Shown here: in pieces, positions 51,934 through 62,478 of the stretch
How positions within the stretch are numbered: position 1 is the first letter of the stretch
How the letters are laid out: every line of letters starts with the position of its first letter
Assembly: GCA_977017575.1 (NCBI GenBank)
Contig: CDRNVI010000012.1
Location: 310,001-374,000, forward strand
DNA length: 64,000 nucleotides
From: Paramoeba atlantica
Taxonomy: Eukaryota > Protista > Discosea
Reading direction: 5' to 3'
Notes under the pieces: model-generated
Seen by the model: the letters and a program-made list of their open reading frames with translations, nothing else
Database searches by the model: none
Told to the model about the DNA's origin: nothing
Translations under genes and position numbers: made by a program

Positions 51934-54900
51934 GGGGAGAGAGGATGAGGGAGGGGAAAGAGGACGGGGGAAGGCGCCATGGGGGGTTGAATGTAAAGGA
52001 AGGAGATTTACTTTTCCATCTGTTTACAAAAGTTTTTGATAAAACAATCTCTTACATTGCTTTTTTACGATATTCTTATGGAATGGTGGTTTATTAGAAA
52101 TTGCATCGGATGCCCAGCAAACCTGTTGGCAGGCTATCTCTCTATTGCCAGAGTGGAACACGTGCGTATCAATTTGCGACGAATATGAATTGAACACTGG
52201 GAATATCCTACCGAAGGAGAACAACACAGGTTGTTGATCAGAATATGAGCGTACACTGGTTTCGCTGAAGGCGAGTACTCACTGCGCCGAGCCTAGAAGA
52301 CCCTCAACCACCATCCCCACCGTGCGACAACAGTTTCATACGATGGACCAACTCTGCCAGGAATTTCCCCCGGACTCAGCCCGCTCGGTCTTCAGCAGTG
52401 AAGGGGGGAGCCGAAGCTACCGCACCCTCCTTCCGGCTTGCGCACTTCAATAGGAACTCTCGTCCTTGTCGGAGCGCGAGGCCTTAATGAGGCGCCTGCT
52501 TACCATGGAGGCGGTGTGGGGAGCATACGTCGTCCAGAAAATCTGCAAGGCGTGCATAGCCCTCCTCAATGGGCCCACCTTCGCGGGGGAGCCCAAGGTA
52601 TGTGGGGCGGCCCTGGAGGCTTTAGGATAGTTAAAATACCTAAGGTTGCGGCTCAACGCGACCAAATGTACGCTGGCCACGCGCCAACGCAGCCTCCTCT
52701 CTGAGTTCTCACAAACCAGAATGGCGCACTCCCCCGGAGGGGTTAAGCTACTAGGGGCTGTGAGACAACCATGGGGAAGGCCCCGTCAGCAAGAAAACTA
52801 GTCTGCATGAGGCAGATACAAAACGTTAATTACACCAAGCGGATGAACCCGTAGCCCAACAGGCGGGAGCACTATACGTGATCCTATATGGGAGACACCT
52901 GCGGTACCGGGTTGCCCTGACATCCAAGCCTGAGCTCCAATACGTGCGCGGCACAACCCTTTGAAACGAGAAGTTCTGTGTTCATGCACTGGATTGCAAA
53001 AAGGTGAGAGGGAAGACCCACCTTCTAAATTAGAAGGTGCCATTAGACTAATGGCAATAGGGGTGGTCATTCAGAAGGGTAATGCCCAGATCGTACAGGC
53101 GGCGGTTTCAGGACTGGTACCGCCGCGGGGTACTATAACTGGGCGAGGGGTTTGGGGGAGTGACGAAGAATTCCTAATGAATTCGAAGGCTCCTCTTCCT
53201 TCTACGGGCCATTCTTCAACTCACATCCTTTTTTTCGCCGCGTATTGCAGATCAGGAGCAAGCATGACGAACCAATTATCGGCGCGAAACAATCGGCAGA
53301 GGCATGTCAATGTTCATGCGAGGAGTAAGGTCGGAATTTCATCAGAAAGTGTAAATAAGCAAGAAAATATCCTTGAAGCGATTCGCTGTGCGAGCGAACT
53401 GTTTACAATGGTACCGGTTCTTGATGCAGCAGAACAAAATGACGAGGGCATACTTTCCCCTGAAAGTGGTGATCAGCCCTTTGTTTTGTAAAAGACTTCG
53501 TATTAACCACCAGTAGATAAGTTTGTGAAGGAGATCTCAGGGGTGGGTGTTGGCATGGAGGAGGAGACGGAGGGCGGTGAGGGCGCCGAGGGAACGGGTG
53601 GGGTAGTGGTGGGGAGGGGAGGTTGTGGGGGAGGAGGTGCCAATACCGTAGACGAGTTTGGTGAAACGGGGTTCGGTCATGGGGAGAGAGGATGAGGGAG
53701 GGGAAAGAGGACGGGGGAAGGCGCCATGGGGGGTTGAATGTAAAGGAAGGAGATTTACTTTTCCATCTGTTTACAAAAGTTTTTGATAAAACAATCTCTT
53801 ACATTGCTTTTTTACGATATTCTTATGGAATGGTGGTTTATTAGAAATTGCATCGGATGCCCAGCAAACCTGTTGGCAGGCTATCTCTCTATTGCCAGAG
53901 TGGAACACGTGCGTATCAATTTGCGACGAATATGAATTGAACACTGGGAATATCCTACCGAAGGAGAACAACACAGGTTGTTGATCAGAATATGAGCGTA
54001 CACTGGTTTCGCTGAAGGCGAGTACTCACTGCGCCGAGCCTAGAAGACCCTCAACCACCATCCCCACCGTGCGACAACAGTTTCATACGATGGACCAACT
54101 CTGCCAGGAATTTCCCCCGGACTCAGCCCGCTCGGTCTTCAGCAGTGAAGGGGGGAGCCGAAGCTACCGCACCCTCCTTCCGGCTTGCGCACTTCAATAG
54201 GAACTCTCGTCCTTGTCGGAGCGCGAGGCCTTAATGAGGCGCCTGCTTACCATGGAGGCGGTGTGGGGAGCATACGTCGTCCAGAAAATCTGCAAGGCGT
54301 GCATAGCCCTCCTCAATGGGCCCACCTTCGCGGGGGAGCCCAAGGTATGTGGGGCGGCCCTGGAGGCTTTAGGATAGTTAAAATACCTAAGGTTGCGGCT
54401 CAACGCGACCAAATGTACGCTGGCCACGCGCCAACGCAGCCTCCTCTCTGAGTTCTCACAAACCAGAATGGCGCACTCCCCCGGAGGGGTTAAGCTACTA
54501 GGGGCTGTGAGACAACCATGGGGAAGGCCCCGTCAGCAAGAAAACTAGTCTGCATGAGGCAGATACAAAACGTTAATTACACCAAGCGGATGAACCCGTA
54601 GCCCAACAGGCGGGAGCACTATACGTGATCCTATATGGGAGACACCTGCGGTACCGGGTTGCCCTGACATCCAAGCCTGAGCTCCAATACGTGCGCGGCA
54701 CAACCCTTTGAAACGAGAAGTTCTGTGTTCATGCACTGGATTGCAAAAAGGTGAGAGGGAAGACCCACCTTCTAAATTAGAAGGTGCCATTAGACTAATG
54801 GCAATAGGGGTGGTCATTCAGAAGGGTAATGCCCAGATCGTACAGGCGGCGGTTTCAGGACTGGTACCGCCGCGGGGTACTATAACTGGGCGAGGGGTTT

Positions 54901-57310
54901 GGGGGAGTGACGAAGAATTCCTAATGAATTCGAAGGCTCCTCTTCCTTCTACGGGCCATTCTTCAACTCACATCCTTTTTTTCGCCGCGTATTGCAGATC
55001 AGGAGCAAGCATGACGAACCAATTATCGGCGCGAAACAATCGGCAGAGGCATGTCAATGTTCATGCGAGGAGTAAGGTCGGAATTTCATCAGAAAGTGTA
55101 AATAAGCAAGAAAATATCCTTGAAGCGATTCGCTGTGCGAGCGAACTGTTTACAATGGTACCGGTTCTTGATGCAGCAGAACAAAATGACGAGGGCATAC
55201 TTTCCCCTGAAAGTGGTGATCAGCCCTTTGTTTTGTAAAAGACTTCGTATTAACCACCAGTAGATAAGTTTGTGAAGGAGATCTCAGGGGTGGGTGTTGG
55301 CATGGAGGAGGAGACGGAGGGCGGTGAGGGCGCCGAGGGAACGGGTGGGGTAGTGGTGGGGAGGGGAGGTTGTGGGGGAGGAGGTGCCAATACCGTAGAC
55401 GAGTTTGGTGAAACGGGGTTCGGTCATGGGGAGAGAGGATGAGGGAGGGGAAAGAGGACGGGGGAAGGCGCCATGGGGGGTTGAATGTAAAGGAAGGAGA
55501 TTTACTTTTCCATCTGTTTACAAAAGTTTTTGATAAAACAATCTCTTACATTGCTTTTTTACGATATTCTTATGGAATGGTGGTTTATTAGAAATTGCAT
55601 CGGATGCCCAGCAAACCTGTTGGCAGGCTATCTCTCTATTGCCAGAGTGGAACACGTGCGTATCAATTTGCGACGAATATGAATTGAACACTGGGAATAT
55701 CCTACCGAAGGAGAACAACACAGGTTGTTGATCAGAATATGAGCGTACACTGGTTTCGCTGAAGGCGAGTACTCACTGCGCCGAGCCTAGAAGACCCTCA
55801 ACCACCATCCCCACCGTGCGACAACAGTTTCATACGATGGACCAACTCTGCCAGGAATTTCCCCCGGACTCAGCCCGCTCGGTCTTCAGCAGTGAAGGGG
55901 GGAGCCGAAGCTACCGCACCCTCCTTCCGGCTTGCGCACTTCAATAGGAACTCTCGTCCTTGTCGGAGCGCGAGGCCTTAATGAGGCGCCTGCTTACCAT
56001 GGAGGCGGTGTGGGGAGCATACGTCGTCCAGAAAATCTGCAAGGCGTGCATAGCCCTCCTCAATGGGCCCACCTTCGCGGGGGAGCCCAAGGTATGTGGG
56101 GCGGCCCTGGAGGCTTTAGGATAGTTAAAATACCTAAGGTTGCGGCTCAACGCGACCAAATGTACGCTGGCCACGCGCCAACGCAGCCTCCTCTCTGAGT
56201 TCTCACAAACCAGAATGGCGCACTCCCCCGGAGGGGTTAAGCTACTAGGGGCTGTGAGACAACCATGGGGAAGGCCCCGTCAGCAAGAAAACTAGTCTGC
56301 ATGAGGCAGATACAAAACGTTAATTACACCAAGCGGATGAACCCGTAGCCCAACAGGCGGGAGCACTATACGTGATCCTATATGGGAGACACCTGCGGTA
56401 CCGGGTTGCCCTGACATCCAAGCCTGAGCTCCAATACGTGCGCGGCACAACCCTTTGAAACGAGAAGTTCTGTGTTCATGCACTGGATTGCAAAAAGGTG
56501 AGAGGGAAGACCCACCTTCTAAATTAGAAGGTGCCATTAGACTAATGGCAATAGGGGTGGTCATTCAGAAGGGTAATGCCCAGATCGTACAGGCGGCGGT
56601 TTCAGGACTGGTACCGCCGCGGGGTACTATAACTGGGCGAGGGGTTTGGGGGAGTGACGAAGAATTCCTAATGAATTCGAAGGCTCCTCTTCCTTCTACG
56701 GGCCATTCTTCAACTCACATCCTTTTTTTCGCCGCGTATTGCAGATCAGGAGCAAGCATGACGAACCAATTATCGGCGCGAAACAATCGGCAGAGGCATG
56801 TCAATGTTCATGCGAGGAGTAAGGTCGGAATTTCATCAGAAAGTGTAAATAAGCAAGAAAATATCCTTGAAGCGATTCGCTGTGCGAGCGAACTGTTTAC
56901 AATGGTACCGGTTCTTGATGCAGCAGAACAAAATGACGAGGGCATACTTTCCCCTGAAAGTGGTGATCAGCCCTTTGTTTTGTAAAAGACTTCGTATTAA
57001 CCACCAGTAGATAAGTTTGTGAAGGAGATCTCAGGGGTGGGTGTTGGCATGGAGGAGGAGACGGAGGGCGGTGAGGGCGCCGAGGGAACGGGTGGGGTAG
57101 TGGTGGAGAGGGGAGGTTGTGGGGGAGGTGCCAATACCGTGGACGAGTTTGGTGAAACAGGGCTTGGTCATGGAGGGAGAGGACGGGGGAGGGGAAAGAG
57201 CGGGAAGGCGCCATGTGAAGTTGAGTGAAAGGGGGCTTTACTTTACCTTTCATTGAGTTTTTGTAAAAAGAATCTCCTATTGTTTCTTAAAGAGGCTTTC
57301 ATTTACGAAT
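51776..57310. repeat. Tandem array of three 1747-bp units plus a diverged terminal partial unit
   Basis: Units start at 51776, 53523, 55270 and 57017. Identical ORFs recur at +1747 and +3494. Each unit carries the 5-prime ~50 codons of the Pth-like gene (W-to-TGA in the copies) plus ~1.5 kb of other sequence. Confidence 0.95.
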
Positions 57311-57477
57311 TGTTTATGTTGCAGGGAAGAGACCATTATTACGGAAATAATAGAAATCCATTCGATTTCGTTCGATAAGAATCATAGAGGGTAATCAAAG
57401 TACAACCAGGGTATTTTCCAACAACCCCGTTTCAGCATAAATTACGCATCAGAACTACAGGCGAAAAGAGATGTCAT

Positions 57478-60400
57478 CTAGTCACTATCTTGGTCTTTAT
57501 ACTTTTTGTCAAGTGCTGCCGATGCGATCGAACCAAGCGAACTTGTTGATGCTACAGGTGTCTTTTTGATTACAGGCTGCGAAACAGCTTTTCGTTTTCT
57601 CATTACAGTGGTAGGTCTTTTTGGTGCATATTTTTCAACTATTGGCACGGTGGATGCCGTTGAAACATCTGCTACCTGAGTATCCGAGCTTGGTACAATC
57701 GACGTAAGCAGAGACTGTAATTGATTGGGCGCGTCATTCCTCGAATTAGGATGAATTTTTTCAAAATCATCCATTCCGAATACACGTGTTTTCTTGAAGT
57801 CAGCTTTCTCTGGAGCATGCGTAGCTGAGGATGAACTAGCGGAATGAGATACTTTATCCTTTTCAAGAACAGCATCAGGTTGATGATCAGCATCAGGTTC
57901 TTCTATTTCAACGTTGTTCATCATCTTTGTTGCAGATGATTGTTCGACGGGCGATTCGCTGCTTTTTTCGAGTATATTTCTTGTTTGATTGTGAACTGGA
58001 CGTACAGATTGTGGATTTGGAATAGCGGAAGGAGGCAAAGAGGGCTTGACGGGGGATAATAATTTTTCTGTTAGTCGAGGCGAAGTAACTTGTTTTTGCC
58101 TTTCTTTTTCCCACTGAATTACTTTTCTAAATAAAGTATCCTTTTCTTTGTCGGATATTTCGTGTCCAGGATCGGGCAAGTCACTTACGCGTTTCCTCTT
58201 GTGCTTCATCTTCCGAAGTGTAACTAATTTTTCCATCAATAACGTAAGCCGCTTCGTGTGACAGTGTCGAATCGCATTGTCTAACGTACCCTGAAGTTCG
58301 AACAAACAGCTGATGTCCAAGGCACGAGCCGTTTGCTCTTCTTCGACAAAGGCGCAGAATAGTTCAAACAAAACTGAATCCATTTGAATATCTTTTTGAG
58401 CAATATCCTCATTGTAACTCTTCGCTCGATTCTTTAGTTCGAGTAATTTACACCCTTGACGTAGCACCCACTCTCGTTGAACCTGCTGTCTCTCCGTTCC
58501 GATAAGTGCTATAGGAACGCGAAACTTTACGCGCTCCGCGGATTGTACAGTTCCGTACGAAGGATAGTACTTCTCGCTTACTTGCAGCGGCTGAGCCAGT
58601 ATTGCATCTTCGGCAACACCCCATATCCAATACCTGGATGATCCTTCAATTGTGTTGTCTGGGTCGTACACAGGAAGCCACGAGTTGCCCCACGCGGCTC
58701 GCAGCATACACAGTAAGCCTTCTCGACTGGAGACGTAAAAAAAACCGTCCTCTCCCCAACCCATCCAACTAAGATATTTTACAGGTAACGAGCATTCTAG
58801 GATTTGTTGTTGTACGCTGGCGTTGTAAACGTGAAGGTGCAAATCAGAAAAGCTTTTCTCGTAGCACACAGCAACCAGATCACGATCAACCTTTTTAGAC
58901 GAAAGAGATGACATCGAAATGCATATGACGCGATGTGGGGACCGCATAACAGAATATTCGACTCCTGCATGAGTAAAAAACCTTATGTGCTTCGTTGTTG
59001 AGATAGCAGCACACCGGGTACCAACTGCAACAAGTTCGATTTCTTCATCTGGCGAAAGTTGAACCCTCCAATCTGCGTTCGTACCGAGAGAAACGAAAGA
59101 CTTATAGAATACGGACGTTGCTGTGGCAAGCATAGCTCCATTTTCACCCAAAGAAGCGGTATGAATTCCACTCTGTTCGTTAATTCGTATTGCCAGTCGT
59201 CCGAGGTCATGAAAATGAATTGTAACTTGCTCCCCAACCTTGCATATCATACCGATAGTGTTGTAGCAAAGATAACACCCAGCATCGCTGGGGGGAGTGG
59301 AACCGATGGGAACTAGCTCATGCAGGTGAACTGATACTGTTTCTGTAGGTTTTAAAATTGTAGGCCCTGGAGCCGAGCAAGAACTGGCTCCCGTATTTCC
59401 ATGGTATGAGAAGTCACTGTTTTTGTCCATTTCATCGAGATCTCCCTTTCTTTTGCCGGTCCGTGTTTCCACATCGGATAACGAATTCCCGGAGCCTTCG
59501 TCAAGGAGACTTGCATACGTCGATTTCCTAAGTGGGAGAACGTTGGAGGAAGGGATCTCCATCTCTCCTTCATCTTCCTCTTCTTCACTACCTTCCTCTG
59601 CTTCGTCATCAAGATAGCGGTTACGCACGCCCATAGACCGTAACTCCGTTTTTAAATCCGTCACAACCTCTTCTAAAGATTCAGATACTGGCGTTTTAGA
59701 ATGTAAATGAGAGTCAATTTGAACGTTCGAAAATCCTAACTGATGATCAGAAAGACAAACTATCGCATCAGCAGAGATTCTTATTTGAAAAGGCTCGTGT
59801 TCCAAAGAGAGAGTAGGTGCAATACTGTAAGTTTGTCTTCGAAGATTTAGTTTATACGGAGTGAGCTCCTTGGTCTTAATTCTACCGGCAATACACGTCC
59901 TAGGTGAAACCAGAAATGCCGAAAACACGGAGTGTGAGTCCTGACTACGCATTTCAAGAACGAAATTTAAGCCATCCTTAGGAGAAAAAGCGTAAAGCGC
60001 TACGTTTGTTCCGGTAGGCACTGCGATGTAATCAATTCCATCAAAAGAGCAGCAACTTACCGCAATGCTCTGTGCCGATGCACGACGCAGCGCCCCAGAA
60101 ATTACAAGTTGTGAGTAATGTGAGACGTTCCCGGCTGAGGAGTCAAAAATTCGTAGCACTCCGTCATCTCCGAGCGATGCAATATGCTGAGTTGCCAACC
60201 TTAACCAGCAGCAAGCCAAGTGGTTGTAGCTTCGAGTGACCACCTCGTCTTCATGATGAGCTTGCATAAGTCGAATGTCACCATCTGAAAGCAGCACTCT
60301 CAAACCCTCCCCGCCGAGAGCTATAGGACACTCCAGTGCCTTATCCTGATCCGAGCTAACTACTAAATTTCCTAAAGCCAAACATCGAACTGCAGAACTG

Positions 60401-60681
60401 GTTTGAAGCAACAACTTCCCATCCGGCTTCGCTATACTGTAACCGCGTACAGATCCATCGCGAGAAGCACTCACCATTATATCGGACTTCTCTGGGTGCA
60501 ATTCCAGACAAGCGATCTCATCCTCGTGAGGTGAGGATCGGAGACCCGCGATTTCAGTGTCCAAGCACGACGTGTCGAGGCGTGCGATTTCACACCCCGA
60601 GTGGACAACCGTCAAGATGGTTCCTTCATCCGATAGGGCAACCTTGGAAATGCGAACGTCACAAAAATCGTACCACTGCAT
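57478..60681 (-). CDS. WDHD1: Ctf4/AND-1/WDHD1 replisome hub protein
   Basis: N-terminal WD40 (VSASRDGSVR, ASLGDDGVLRIFD), acidic linker, SepB domain (PIGSTP...YLCYNTIG, VTIHFHD) and a helical bundle with TARALDISCL. Confidence 0.85.
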   Translation of the reverse strand: MQWYDFCDVRISKVALSDEGTILTVVHSGCEIARLDTSCLDTEIAGLRSSPHEDEIACLELHPEKSDIMVSASRDGSVRGYSIAKPDGKLLLQTSSAVRCLALGNLVVSSDQDKALECPIALGGEGLRVLLSDGDIRLMQAHHEDEVVTRSYNHLACCWLRLATQHIASLGDDGVLRIFDSSAGNVSHYSQLVISGALRRASAQSIAVSCCSFDGIDYIAVPTGTNVALYAFSPKDGLNFVLEMRSQDSHSVFSAFLVSPRTCIAGRIKTKELTPYKLNLRRQTYSIAPTLSLEHEPFQIRISADAIVCLSDHQLGFSNVQIDSHLHSKTPVSESLEEVVTDLKTELRSMGVRNRYLDDEAEEGSEEEEDEGEMEIPSSNVLPLRKSTYASLLDEGSGNSLSDVETRTGKRKGDLDEMDKNSDFSYHGNTGASSCSAPGPTILKPTETVSVHLHELVPIGSTPPSDAGCYLCYNTIGMICKVGEQVTIHFHDLGRLAIRINEQSGIHTASLGENGAMLATATSVFYKSFVSLGTNADWRVQLSPDEEIELVAVGTRCAAISTTKHIRFFTHAGVEYSVMRSPHRVICISMSSLSSKKVDRDLVAVCYEKSFSDLHLHVYNASVQQQILECSLPVKYLSWMGWGEDGFFYVSSREGLLCMLRAAWGNSWLPVYDPDNTIEGSSRYWIWGVAEDAILAQPLQVSEKYYPSYGTVQSAERVKFRVPIALIGTERQQVQREWVLRQGCKLLELKNRAKSYNEDIAQKDIQMDSVLFELFCAFVEEEQTARALDISCLFELQGTLDNAIRHCHTKRLTLLMEKLVTLRKMKHKRKRVSDLPDPGHEISDKEKDTLFRKVIQWEKERQKQVTSPRLTEKLLSPVKPSLPPSAIPNPQSVRPVHNQTRNILEKSSESPVEQSSATKMMNNVEIEEPDADHQPDAVLEKDKVSHSASSSSATHAPEKADFKKTRVFGMDDFEKIHPNSRNDAPNQLQSLLTSIVPSSDTQVADVSTASTVPIVEKYAPKRPTTVMRKRKAVSQPVIKKTPVASTSSLGSIASAALDKKYKDQDSD

Positions 60682-60831
60682 GAAGGTTCATTGGAAATTA
60701 TAAAGCTGACCTAGGTGCGAATTTAAGTAAACTTACTACAGTACATTCGAACTTACTAGAGCACAAAAAGGCATAAGAGAGTGTTGTTTTCTAGTCAAAG
60801 AGGAATAAAAAAAATCACCACCCGGTGCATG

Positions 60832-61410
60832 TCAAGTGTGCTTCTGCAGAAGAGCTTCGTATGCATCGTGAACAACATGGAAGTAGGTTGGGGAACCTCC
60901 TTGATTTTCAATCTTGTCCGGATGCGTCTTTAGCATTAGCCTTTTGTACGCTTGGCGTATATCGGCATTGCTTGCGGTTTCCGGAATATTCAGTATTTCA
61001 TACGGAGAGAACGATGAATAAAATTCGTTCGACAGGCTGGGCACGTTACCATCTTTAGAAATGCGTTCTCTCATGCTTGTTCGGGATTTTGTGTGACTGG
61101 AAGCTCTGGCCAAATTAGAGGAATATTCGAAGCATTCCACGTTGTGCTTCGCAAGATGCCTCCGGGGATTCGTAAGATCAGTAATATTCAACATTGGGGC
61201 GTCTGCATCAAGGGACGCATCCCCTACGTCCTTCGACTGAAAAAGCGGGTCTAATGATGAATCATTCAGCGTTGCAAAAAGCATTGAATTTTGTATATTA
61301 TTTACCGTTTCATTCGTAGCAGCCGTAAGTTTATGAGTTTCCCTACATGTGCCGGATCCTACGAGTCCTGAAGTTTTTTTTTCGGCTTCATCAGGAAAAA
61401 GCTCGTTCAT
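60832..61410 (-). CDS. J-domain (DnaJ) protein with a C-terminal J domain
   Basis: PYEILNIPETASNADIRQAYKRLMLKTHPDK...FHVVHDAYEAL. First ATG at 61410. Confidence 0.9.
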   Translation of the reverse strand: MNELFPDEAEKKTSGLVGSGTCRETHKLTAATNETVNNIQNSMLFATLNDSSLDPLFQSKDVGDASLDADAPMLNITDLTNPRRHLAKHNVECFEYSSNLARASSHTKSRTSMRERISKDGNVPSLSNEFYSSFSPYEILNIPETASNADIRQAYKRLMLKTHPDKIENQGGSPTYFHVVHDAYEALLQKHT

Positions 61411-61726
61411 CAAATAAAGTAAAGCAAGTGACACAAAATCAATAGCTTAGCAAAATATTTTCCAGAGCGTCACGCTTACTTCCACCTCTCGTAAAATACT
61501 ATCCTTTCTACATATGGGGGAGCACGATATTCCTGTATGTCTGACATGTCGAGTCTGGCATGTGCGTGCTCTGACAAATTCCTGCATATCCTTTTATATA
61601 GGGCGATGTTTCTGACAAAAAAAAACTTTTCCAAATGACTTACCCGAAATGAACCTATCAACCAAATGATACATCATTGTGATGGGTGCATTTTTACCAT
61701 ACACAGGAGGGTTTACCATGTACACC

Positions 61727-62218
61727 TTAACGTGACCACGACGTAAACTTCGGAGGAGGAACAATAGGACCAGATGGGGGGTGACCCCGCCAAATGCCTC
61801 GAAACGCGACTTCATCACCAAATGCGCTCGGCCTCTTTGCACTAAACTCCGGCCATGTCATACCAAATTGTAATAAATCTTTCAGCCTGCGCTCTGATTC
61901 AAGTCGCATCATCGCCTCGTATGTCCCGATACATTTTTGCTTCACAAATACCAATGGAAAACTAAGCACTTTATTTTCGACCATATCCAATGCCTCTTTG
62001 TTCCATTTCGTTTGCCACATCCTCCTTAAGAGGTCTTCCACTTCGAGACCCTGTGGGTGTTTGTCGATATAGTACTGCCGAGGTTTGGCGTGGTACCAAG
62101 CTGCAATGCTGGAGAGTCGTGGCGCTCGTATTCCATCGTAAGAGAAACAAAACCAAGCTGTGTGATTCTCACAGATTGCACGCTCGATGAACGAACAAGC
62201 GCTGGACGCAGCTAACAT
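61727..62218 (-). CDS. Glutaredoxin-fold-like protein lacking CxxC, probably mitochondrial
   Basis: SFPLVFVKQKCIGTYEAMMRLESERRLKDLL resembles the Grx segment TVPQIFIxGxxIGG..L. Confidence 0.55.
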   Translation of the reverse strand: MLAASSACSFIERAICENHTAWFCFSYDGIRAPRLSSIAAWYHAKPRQYYIDKHPQGLEVEDLLRRMWQTKWNKEALDMVENKVLSFPLVFVKQKCIGTYEAMMRLESERRLKDLLQFGMTWPEFSAKRPSAFGDEVAFRGIWRGHPPSGPIVPPPKFTSWSR

Positions 62219-62478
62219 TTATAGAAACACATGAAACTAAGAATACGCATTTAAAACAAGTATTGTGACAATCGTCAGAACAAGTCTTTGAGAGCTACTG
62301 CTAAATAACTGAAAGATAGTGGATATCACCCTCGTACCATGTTTTCTTCTGTTTAGATAGACCTCACACCTTACACTTGTATTGTAATACAATAGCATAC
62401 CTTTAACATACCTTAGATAGACCTTACACTTTTTTGTATTACAGTAGCATACCATTATAGCGAGTGCATCTCTTTGTT

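Noticed and set aside
52230-52900. SL RNA, 5S rRNA, HDV/Pr77 ribozyme or group I intron in the repeat unit
   Set aside because: Only fragmentary look-alikes (e.g. AACGCAGC, AAGAAAACTAGTC). The required pairings and conserved cores could not be built.
52961-53491. 176-aa + strand ORF repeated three times
   Set aside because: TTG start, antisense to the cluster and no family motif. Recurrence reflects the tandem array only.
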